Shown: piece by piece, positions 11,526-21,715 of the stretch
Layout of the letters: each line of letters begins with the position of its first letter
Numbering within the stretch: the stretch's first letter is position 1
Source: Octopus sinensis
Taxonomy: Eukaryota
Direction: 5' to 3'
DNA: 64,000 nucleotides
Assembly: GCF_006345805.1 (NCBI RefSeq)
Contig: NC_043005.1
Coordinates: forward strand, 67,952,001 to 68,016,000
Translations under genes and position numbers: made by a program
The notes under the pieces: model-generated
What the model was told of the DNA's origin: nothing
Seen by the model: the letters and a program-made list of their open reading frames with translations, nothing else
Database searches by the model: none

Positions 11526-12253
11526 ATATATATATATATTCAACATGCAATCTACTCTTCGTTTGTAGAAATCCTTGCTGCTAGTAGAGGTAATAGCTCC
11601 CTGAACTTTTTACAACTTGTCTTTCTCTGGATGCTTTCAGAACACCCTCCTCTATTATTGATTATATTGCCCAGGCAACAGAAGCCATCTGCTACGTCTA
11701 TAGCACCACCCAAGAATTGAAAGTATTTTATTTTACAACTGATCAGACAATTAAGTACTTTTATACGTTGACTACATACAAAAATCTTTATTCTGTCAGT
11801 CTATCTGTGCTTCTAGTTTCTCTTTTGTGTATTCTTTGTTCACATTGTAAAAATGAGAAACATTCTCTAAGAAGAAAAAAAAAATCTGATTGATTTGCAT
11901 CCCTGAATACAATCGATCAGATGCACAGCAAAAATTTATATAACACTTCAGGAATTCTCCGGTTGAAATCATTGATCTGAAGACGGGATACATTCATACT
12001 CACGCACGTAAACAATAATGAAGTATTCATACTTACGTATTTAGGAGACATACCCCAGCCATTACTACCACACAACTTACAGAAGTGCAAGTTTATCATC
12101 ACGCATGTACACACACCTAAACAGACCAGCCAAATCAGATAACCACCAAAACCCCAAGAGCCTCTTTAATACAAAAGAACTTTTGTCACTTTGTTAGTGA
12201 CCGGCTTGGATTCTGGAAAGGAAAAAAAAACTTCGAATAAATCTCAAAGAAAG

Positions 12254-12257
<4 letters not shown>

Positions 12258-12293
<36 letters not shown>

Positions 12294-12365
12294 TGCATAC
12301 ATACATACATACATACATACATTACATGCATAAATACATACATACAGACAGACAGACAGACAGAC
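12258..12365. repeat. Compound (CA)n/(CATA)n/(CAGA)n microsatellite
   Basis: Directly visible. Confidence 0.9.
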
Positions 12366-12668
12366 GTGATGTAAACGGTACTCATATCGAAAGAATGCCA
12401 TTAGTCTACTGCTTAAATTTGATTCCGGCCAGAAATTTAAATTCAGAAAGCGAAGGGGTAAAACTTAATGTCTATGTTGCTGTTGTTGTTGTTGTTGTTA
12501 CTGTTTTTGTTGATGACGTTGTTGCTGTTGTTCTTTTTGTACTTTACCCAGAAGTACAACAATACTTCATGAGTCTGTTTTTGTTTTTAAGATGGTAACA
12601 AGAGATCTGAGAATGACTAGCTGCTATTTCTAGCAGCTGGAAGCTCCCTCGTTAGTTCGTAATTACAT
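12363..12668. repeat. Dispersed ~300-bp repeat; second copy with an internal deletion at ~18305-18553
   Basis: GACGTGATGTAAACGGTACTCATATCGAAAGAATGCC...GGAAGCTCCCTCGTTAGTTCGTAATTACAT is present at both sites. Confidence 0.8.
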
Positions 12669-13022
12669 TCATACATACATACATACATACATACATGCGT
12701 ACGTACGTACGTACATCCATCCATCCATCCATCCATACATACATACACACATACATACATACATACATGCGTACGTACGTACGTACGTACATCCATCCAT
12801 CCATCCATCCATCCATCCATCCATACATACATACATACATACATACATACATACATACATACATACACACATACATACACACATACATACATACACACAT
12901 ACACACATACACACATACACACATACACACACACACACACATACACACACACACATACACACACACATACACACACACACACACACATACATACATACAT
13001 ACATACATACATGCATACATAC
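12667..13022. repeat. Compound (ATAC)n/(CCAT)n/(CGTA)n/(AC)n microsatellite
   Basis: Directly visible. Confidence 0.95.
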
Positions 13023-13208
13023 GTATCTTTTAAATTTGTTGATGGGAAACGTTTTGAATAAGCAAATAAAGCTCCTATCCTAATATGCCGGCCACAGTCT
13101 AATGATACTGATCATCCCAGAAATATGGACTGTGAGCTTAAGAGACGTAAATTGTGGAAACGCGCGTAGCGATGCATCATATGTTTATAAATTCCATCCA
13201 AGGATTAT

Positions 13209-13586
13209 GACATACATACATACATACATACATACATACATACATACATACATACATACATACATACATTATTATGGCTGCCCCCTCGTTATCGAGTATG
13301 GCCATTGCACGAAGCTTAACTGTTACTGGTGCTGTGATCGAATGTGACTTTTTAGCCCAGCCAAATATCTACAATGCCTTGTACAGAATTGGCAACTAAA
13401 ACCTTTACCGGTAATAGCCGGCTGTAGTTGTAACTGGGCTTCATGTACCTTTGCAGTTTAAGTCCTCCTGCCGAATTACACTCTCTTCCACATGCCCGAC
13501 AGATATGATTAAAAAGGTGTCTTACACCACCACCACCACCAGTGGCCAGGTTGTCACATACATACATACATACATACATACATACA

Positions 13587-13618
<32 letters not shown>

Positions 13619-14080
13619 CATACATACATACATACATACATAATACATACATACATACATACATACATACAACATACATACATACATTATTATGGCTGCC
13701 CCCTCGTTATCGAGTATGGCCATTGCACGAAGCTTAACTGTTACTGGTGCTGTGATCGAATGTGACTTTTTAGCCCAGCCAAATATCTACAATGCCTTGT
13801 ACAGAATTGGCAACTAAAACCTTTACCGGTAATAGCCGGCTGTAGTTGTAACTGGGCTTCATGTACCTTTGCAGTTTAAGTCCTCCTGCCGAATTACACT
13901 CTCTTCCACATGCCCGACAGATATGATTAAAAAGGTGTCTTACACCACCACCACCACCAGTGGCCAGGTTGTCACATACATACATACATACATACATACA
14001 TACATACATACATACATACATACATACATACATACATACATACATACATACATACATACATACGTACATACATACATACA
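13209..14080 (-). mobile_element. Two tandem copies of an RTE-type LINE 3' end (C2H2-like CRACGRECNSAGGL motif, 3' UTR, (ATGT)n tail)
   Basis: 13269-13558 and 13689-13975 appear identical; each is bounded by (ATAC)n tracts; the terminal GGCTGCCCCCTCGTTATCGAGTATGG is shared with ~46057. Confidence 0.7.
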
Positions 14081-14769
14081 CATATTAGCTCTTCTTTGGA
14101 TCGTATAACGCGTTTGATAGCTTGCTGATATTTTCCGCATATTGCAGATCTTCATGTTGAATACTCAAACTACAAATTCTATCCATTATTTGATGCGTAT
14201 ATATAGGTACTGTACAAAAAAACTTCGCGAGTTGGACTAAGAAAGAAAGGTTACCAATGGATATTCTGACAGAATAGCAAAACTAGGAGAAATGTTGTGA
14301 GATATCATGACTAAATGTACCAGACTGAAGACGAGAAATGGCACCAAAGATAATACACGTAGTCAGCTGAGTAAAGGAAGTTATCGAAGCGCATGTCATG
14401 GAAATTGAACCAGAATTGAACCGCGATTCTTCTTGAGAGTAAAACACAATGTGCTTCTATCTCCAGCAAATATTTAACGACGAGAGTGAAGTGATCCGTC
14501 GATGTAGAGGCTATGCATCGATTGCTGCATATTCTGGCAGCACATAGATAATTCCAAAGCAAAAATAGTACAGGCGGATTAAAATGATGAAAATCAATGC
14601 CAATTTGCACTTTGTTTTCCTCAAGGAAAGCTAGAAAGGGCTACAGAGCAGCATAAACAAAAAGGGATACAAGATTCAAATTCCTGAAATAACAGTAAAA
14701 ACTAGATGCAGGAGTATTTGGAGGAAGCGCACTTGTTTCTTAACCATACAGTTTTAAAATGCATTGGTT

Positions 14770-14880
14770 TTATAACGTAATCTAATACGACAAAAACTTA
14801 GTGATTATTAAACTGACCGTACCTTGGAAGTACAATATGGAGTGGGCACGTGAAAAGAAATTCCTAAATGACGAAATACT
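14770..14880 (+). mobile_element. Fragment of the restriction-like endonuclease domain of an RLE-type non-LTR retrotransposon
   Basis: VIIKLTVPWKYNMEWAREKK resembles the IIELTVPWEENxEEAHERK motif. Confidence 0.45.
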
Positions 14881-14884
14881 TGGA

Positions 14885-15155
14885 CGAGTCTGGCTCATAA
14901 GGGCAGGTTTTCCGGTTTCCTTGGCGTATAGGTTCCCCACCTGGACGGGACACCGGTCCGTCGCAGGTGAGCTGCAAGATGCAGGAGGAAAGAGTGAGAG
15001 AAAGTTGTGGCGAAAGAGTCAGCAGAAGTTCGCCACTACCTTCTGCCGAAGCCGTGGGGAGCTTAGGTGTTTTTGCTCATAAACACACACATCGCCCGGT
15101 CTGAGATTCGAACCCGCGAATCCGCTGCTCTAACCACTAGGCCATGTGCCTCCAT
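14885..15155 (-). mobile_element. tRNA-headed SINE (distinct family)
   Basis: The - strand starts GGAGGCACATGGCCTAGTGGTTAGAGC...GGTTCGAATCTC (A/B boxes) followed by a non-tRNA body. Confidence 0.7.
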
Positions 15156-15396
15156 GAGTCGTGTGTAGTACAATACACCAACAGAGGTGGGATATCGTGG
15201 GCACTGTGGTATACTGGTGTGCGGCGAAACGATGCTAGGTGTGTTGCAGTGTAACTTGAATATAACATTTTTTTCCTATGCCTTTAGTTATATTCTTAGT
15301 TCAGGTATTCCGCCGAATTTTGAAAAGAATGTAAGAGTACCACAAGCGAAAAAAGGTTGCAGAGCATTGGCTTAGTAGAATAATTTGTAAACTATA

Positions 15397-15557
15397 GGCG
15401 CAGGAGTGGCTGTGTGGTAAGTAGCTTGCTTACCAACCACATGGTTCCGGGTTCATTCCCTCTGCGTGTCACCTTGGGCAAGTGTCTTCTACTATAGCCT
15501 CGGGCCGACTAAAGCCTTGTGAGTGGATTTGGTAGACGGAAACTGAAAGAAACCTGT

Positions 15558-15626
<69 letters not shown>

Positions 15627-15856
15627 GTGTGTGTGTGTGTGTGTATGTGTGTCTGTGTTTGTCTCACCAGCATCGCTTGATAACCGATGTCGGTGTGTTT
15701 ACGTCCCCGTAACTTAGCGGTTCGGCAAAAAGAGACCGATAGAATAAGTACTAGGCTTCCTAAGAATAAGTCCTGGGGTCGCTTTGCTCGACTAAAGGCG
15801 GTGCTCCAGCATGGCCACGGTCAAATGACTGAAACAAGTAAAAGAGTAAAAGAGTA
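15397..15856 (+). mobile_element. SINE family B, full length with internal (TA)n(TG)n
   Basis: GGCGCAGGAGTGGCTGTGTGGTAAG...GACTGAAACAAGTAAAAGAGTAAAAGAGTA. Confidence 0.92.
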
Positions 15857-16334
15857 TAGAGTAAAACAGAGAAACGTTTCGTCATTGACATGACAACAGA
15901 ATGAGAGAGGAAGATAGCAAAAGACAAATTCCTAACAAGTAGTACAACAAAATTGTTGATGTATGGTTGGTGTGGTTACAGCTGTGCACGGTATAAATGA
16001 AAGGAGTGGGGGTAAAAAGCATGTTACAGCGTGGGCCAAAAGAGGCCGAACGTGGCACTATTGAAGTGAACAATACTGGGTGCCGGTGTAGTATGTGATC
16101 TACATGCCATTGTGATCCGCAGCAAATTAAATCTAGACTAGCTTGTGAGTTGCAATTATAAGAGGGGTTAAACGAAGAGTTCATAGCGACTGAGAAATTC
16201 TATTGCAGCTTCTTCATCTCGAATAACCTGTGTGTAAAATTCTTTTGCTCTCATCACTTACTTCTTTCAATGGGCTCAGGATAAAAAGTGTATAAATCAT
16301 TAAGTATTTTTTGGTTTATGTACCAAACCAACTG

Positions 16335-16770
16335 GGATCTTTTCGGTTTGACCGGCAGTTTTTTCTAGCAGTGTCATATGAAATTGTCACCCATAATTAT
16401 GACCCTAGTATTGATCTATTGCATTTCAATCTGTTTTAGGGTTAGGGTTAGAGTTAGGGTTAGTTAGGGGTGGGGGGAAGGGTATCTTTTTTTCTTCAGA
16501 AATGTAAATAAACCCAATCTGTTTCTTAAACGAGGGACATATTCATACGGCACAGAATGTTTTCACCTCAATAGACATCATTGATTGGTTGAAATTGCAG
16601 AAATTTAAGAAAAATCAACAACAAATATGTTACAAACTATAGAATTTTCTCAATAAAGCCAAGAGAAAAAGATGTTTTATAAACACATTCTACCAGTATA
16701 CGAAGTTTAAAAGTGTTTAGCTACGTGGAAATTATTTAAAAAAAAACTGCCGGTCAAACCTAAACGATCC
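16335..16770. mobile_element. MITE family M1 (opposite orientation), with (GGGTTA)n-like tract
   Basis: TIRs GGATCTTTTCGG / CCTAAACGATCC; degenerate TSD ACCAACTG / ATCAATTG. Confidence 0.85.
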
Positions 16771-17783
16771 ATCAATTGGAAGTCGAGTAAATAGATGAAT
16801 TTTAAATGAGGAACAGAAAGTCGGTGTGGATCACAAACTATACCATTTGAACTGATGTAGATCACAAGCTATACCAGAAATATGTATTTAGATCACATAC
16901 TACACCGGCACCTATTACTGTTGGAAGTGCTTTAATACTTGTAGCAGATGACGAAGTGAATGCTCCAGAGAACAAGCTGTATATATAATATGATAATAAT
17001 GTTCTTGTGTGTAGGTGTGTTTGAGAGTTTATTTGTTAATGGCCAAGTGGTCCGGCTTGGAACCGAATAGATGGCTTCGATGAAGGGAGGAGCCTGGTCG
17101 GACAGAAAACTTGAAGTATTGGACGTTTGGACTCAAAAAGAGTCTACAAAATGTAAAAAAAAAAAAGTGAGAGGATTAATGCCTCGTGTGTGTGATTTTT
17201 TTTTTCAATATTGAACTATGTAAGAGGTTTATCGCCTCATTGTGCTGGAAGAAAAAAAAAGAAAAGAACAATGTTTAAGAGAAGCGAAAGTCGGCGGGCG
17301 CTTTTCGTGTTCTCCCATCTTTATCATCCTTGTATCATCATCATCATTCAACCCATTAATGTCTGTGTCCAGCCCGCAAGCTTCTCTCTGTGTGCTGCCC
17401 TTGTGGCAAATTAAATAAAAAATATGAATGCACACCTGAAGAGTTAACTTAAAAGCGTTACGTCTGTAAATCCCTCAGCGATTAATTTATGACGTCACGA
17501 GCTCTATGATGATTCGTCATGTCACGTAACACTTTGCTTTTTGAAACTAATAAGGAGAAATACGAGCAGTTTGGATTTTTACTTTACAAGTCAACATGGG
17601 TAAGCAATATTCATTCTTTTGAAAAATCTCTGAGTTAATTGAGAGGATTTCAGTAATTAATCTGGCGATCATTCGGTTCTAGATACATAGCTGTCAATTA
17701 TAAACCCACGTGGGTTTATTTACATTTCTGAAGAAAAAAAGAAACCCTTACCCCACCCCTAACCCTAACCCTAATCCTAACTC

Positions 17784-18203
17784 GGCAATCTTTCGCGTCT
17801 AGTAGACCTTTCCGTCGATTTCCGTAAAAAAATTAATTTTTTTTACATATGGGCTTGCGGGAACTTTTGAAGTAATGAGAGCGAAAGAGACTAAGAGAAA
17901 GCGATTGTATGACGAGGGAAGTTCTTTTGAAGTTACCGTGCATGGGAGCATTGATGTACATGTGTGTGTGTGTGTGTTTGATGGGGTGTGGGAGACAGAC
18001 AGTATGTTGTGTAAGTGAAGTGCTTCTGTTAGTGTGTGTGAAGAGACAGAGTAATGTGTGAAAGAAAGAGATAACTGAAATTTTTTACTTGGTGTATGTG
18101 TATATGTATGTATATTACTTCAAAAGTTCCCGCAAGCCCATATGTAAAAAAAAAAAATTTTACGGAAATCGACGGAAAGGTCTACTAGAGACGAAAGATC
18201 GCC
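17784..18203. mobile_element. MITE with ~95-bp TIRs (GGCRATCTTTCG...) and 8-bp TSD CCTAACTC
   Basis: Inverted arms 17784-17876 and 18114-18203; TSD at 17776-17783 and 18204-18211. Confidence 0.85.
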
Positions 18204-18761
18204 CCTAACTCTAACCCTAAACCAAACCCTAACCCTAAATCCACAATACATTAAAAAAAAAAATTTACGGAAAGTGACGATCTTCTTCTTCAAATGTAAA
18301 CAAATAGACGTGATGTAAACGGTACTCATATCGAAAGAATGCCATTAGTCTACTGATTAAATTTGATTCCGGCCAGAAATTTACCGTTTTTGTTGATGAC
18401 GTTGTTGCTATTGCTCTTTTTGTACTTTACCCAGTAGTAGAACAATACTTCATGAGTCTGTTTTTGTTTTTTCAAATGGTAAAGAAGTGATTTGAGAGTG
18501 ACCTAGCTGCTATTTCTAGCAGTTGGAAGCTCCCTCGTTAGTTCGTAATTACATAGTCATTTGGAACCTTCAGTTGATGTGATTAATTACTGTAATCATT
18601 TAAACTGCATGCTGTGTTAATAAAGACTCTTTGGCGCCTGTTGGATCGTTAACACACGATCACTTCATTACTTCTAAAGATGACCGCTGATAAATAACAT
18701 TTTGTAATTATATCGAAATATTCTCATCAGATAAATTATCTGTTTGCTATTTGTTTTTCGC

Positions 18762-18933
18762 GTTGTTGTTGTTGTTGTTGTTCTTCTTCTTCTTCTTCTT
18801 CTTCTTCTTCTTCGTCTTCTTCTTCTTCTTCTTCTTCTTCTTCTTCTTCTTCTTCTTCTTCTTCTTCTTCTTCTTCTTCTTCTTCTTCTTCTTCTTCTTC
18901 TTCTTCTTCTTCTTCTTCTTCTTCTTCTTCTTC
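18762..18933. repeat. (GTT)n followed by ~50 units of (CTT)n
   Basis: Directly visible, with one CGT interruption. Confidence 0.97.
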
Positions 18934-19144
18934 ACCTCACTTCTCTCCTATATTTAGCGATATAACAGAATTATAATTCTTTCGTTTCTGTAATTTGGTT
19001 TGTAAATTGCGTTGTATCTTAGGAGGGTCATTAGGCCAATAGTAAATACACGCACTGGTTCTATTTCATTTCTTTTATTACTATTAGTCAAGTAGTTAAC
19101 CATTTAACCAATTAGTAAATCGATTGTTTGATTAATCGTCCGGT

Positions 19145-19178
<34 letters not shown>

Positions 19179-19319
19179 GTCAGTCAGTCAATCAATCAAT
19201 TCATCAATCAGCTAGGTTTGTCCAAGCCCTTTCGTTACCGTTCGTGACCTCCTCAGTGACATATGCTCTCTGCTCTAGATCTGTCTGATGCCTAGTTTAT
19301 ATATTTCACTTTATTTGTG

Positions 19320-19477
19320 GGTGAGAATCTGTGTGTGTGTGTGAATGTGTGTGTGCGTGCGTCTGTGTGTGTGCGTATGAATATATGTATGCACATACAT
19401 ATGCACATGTACATATGTATATATATATACATACATATACATACATATACATACATATATATATATATATTATATAT

Positions 19478-19537
<60 letters not shown>

Positions 19538-19585
19538 TATATATATATATATGAGACCAAAGTGTACGTATATATATATATATAT

Positions 19586-19618
<33 letters not shown>

Positions 19619-19860
19619 ATGTGTGTGTGTGTTTGTATGTGTGTGTGTATGTGTATGTGTGTGTGTGTGTGTGTGTTTCTGTGGTTCTTTGTCCCCCCCA
19701 TCACCGTTTGACAACCGGTATTGGTGTGTTTACGTCCCCCGTAACTTAGCGGCTCGGCATAAGTGACCGATAGAATAAGTACCAAGCTTAAAAAATATGC
19801 ACTGCGGTCGATTCATTCAACTAAAATTTCAAGGCGGTGCCCCACCATCGTCGCAGCCCT
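19320..19860 (+). repeat. Compound (TG)/(TA) microsatellite running into the 3' part of SINE family B
   Basis: The SINE B tail motif TTTACGTCCCCCGTAACTTAGCGG follows the microsatellite. Confidence 0.8.
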
Positions 19861-20580
19861 TCTAGTTAGATTACCAGCCAAGGTTAAAGAGCTTCTACCT
19901 GCCCATGAGGTAAACTATCCCGTTCCAGACACCAAACCGCTTTTAGAGTAAGTTACAAGTGCATTTTTAGGTTTTTTGCCAACCAACCAACCAATTCAAT
20001 GATTTTACTAAGATTTGGTGTACAAGAAGTACCTATGCAGATGAATAATTTTCAATGGGTTTAGCTTGTACGGCACCATCCCAACATATTGGCCCAAGAA
20101 AACTTTTGCCGGTGTGACAATACTAGGGTCATAATTATGGGTGACAATTTCATATGACACTGCTAGAAAAAACTGCCGGTCAAACCGAAAAGATCCCAGT
20201 TGGTTTGGTATATAAACCAAAATTAACAACCAGGTTTTATTTTGAAGATTTTCTTCTGCTCGGTTTGTTACCAACGAAGGTTAAAGAGTTTCTACCTGCC
20301 TATGAGGCAAGCTGCCCCGTTCTAGACACCAAACCGACACCCAAATGCTCTATAAAGTGACCAAATATCAATCCGGTGTCCGACTCATAGTAGCTCATTC
20401 ATAAAAAAAAAAAGTAAGTCATGCGATCTGTTGTGTCTGGGGAAAGTCGTTTTCTTTTTGTGCCTTATAATTTAACACACTCACCGGTAAAATTTCCACT
20501 TATTCCTTATTTTTATTTTCCTAAAATTTTCGTTGCATCATTACCCACTGACTTATGGAGTCTTGGACGACTCACGTATA

Positions 20581-20591
20581 CGTGTGTGTGT

Positions 20592-20667
<76 letters not shown>
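20581..20667. repeat. (TG)n microsatellite
   Basis: Directly visible. Confidence 0.97.
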
Positions 20668-20669
<2 letters not shown>

Positions 20670-21715
20670 GGAAATTCTGTACATTATTTATTGTTTGTTG
20701 TTACCACAAATAAGATGAGGACAGATATCCGTCTAATGTAAATAATTTTTATAGGGAAAATACTGAGAAAAGGTTGAAAATGTGTTAAATATTTTTATAT
20801 ATTTATAAATATATTTGCATTTATAAATATATTTTTTAACACAAGGAAAAATTTATCGTATTGTGTGTATTTATATGTATGAAATTAATGCAAAAATATG
20901 TTTTCACAGAATAAATGTGTTTACATAATAGTTTAACTAAAATATATATTAGTAACAGTATTCATAAGGTAAGTTTGATATATATAACGAAAGTCGGAAA
21001 GAGAGAGAGAGGATCACATGTTCGAGTTTTCATAAAGTGATCAACTTGCTGGGGCTGCCTGCTGGAGCCTAGCAGCAGGTATTTAAAGGGAAATTTGGCA
21101 AGACAGTCGCCCGCTGACACTCGTTGACGCTATATCGAAGATACCAGGGAACAGAAGAAAGGAGAAAGAAGACATGCACCCAACACCAGAGCTGAAGACA
21201 TCTCCGAAAGGAAGGGGGCGCTACGTCAAAACGGTAGAGGAGTAGGGGCCGAAACCGGACGTCGTTCCTCCTGATGATGTCTTGAGCTAACTGGATCCTA
21301 TAAAGGAGCTGTTGCAGTAGCAGACCACGAAACACGGTTGAAATTCCTGTATTTCTCTGTGTTGCGGCTAAAAGAGATTTTGTAATAGAAGAAAAAAAAA
21401 AAAAAGAAGAAAATAATCATATTTAACTAAGTAGGATCCGGTTCACGCTGATCTTCAGCTATTAAAACTTTGGGTAATTTTTCCTGATTAAAAAACTTAT
21501 ATGGATTAATGAATAATAATATATTATTTGAATAATTGCCATACAGAATAAAAAGAAGCGCGGATAAGAATCGATTTTTTTTTATTATTTATGAATAGCC
21601 TTTTAAAGAGAATGATGTTGAAAACTATTTTCTTTTATTTATTGTTTACTCTCGTGTTTTATTTTCAGATCACTCCCTAGATACCCGGCGAAGAATAAAA
21701 CTGGCGAAAATAATT

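Noticed and set aside
12076-12116. Candidate 36-nt - strand micro-exon (TTTAG...|GTAAGT)
   Set aside because: The peptide is unrecognisable and there is no supporting neighbouring exon.
12191-14108. Many 60-135-aa ORFs rich in YVCM/HTYI
   Set aside because: They are translations of (ATAC)n/(AC)n microsatellites; the same applies to similar ORFs at 1860, 19292-19785, 40274-40769, 41842-42295 and 46471-46948.
15090-15155. tRNA-like A/B boxes here and at ~30590-30660 and ~49306 as tRNA genes
   Set aside because: No full cloverleaf; they are SINE heads.
16432-16480. TTAGGG runs as a true or fused telomere
   Set aside because: They are short, degenerate and always internal to M1-type MITEs.
18744-18965. 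Poly-Lys/Leu/Phe ORFs
   Set aside because: They are translations of the (CTT)n tract.
21060-21350. GC-richer block as an upstream coding exon of the FEM-1-like gene
   Set aside because: Stops in the frames examined, no FEM-1 similarity and no convincing donor; it may be a decayed LINE ORF1 or a UTR exon, unresolved.
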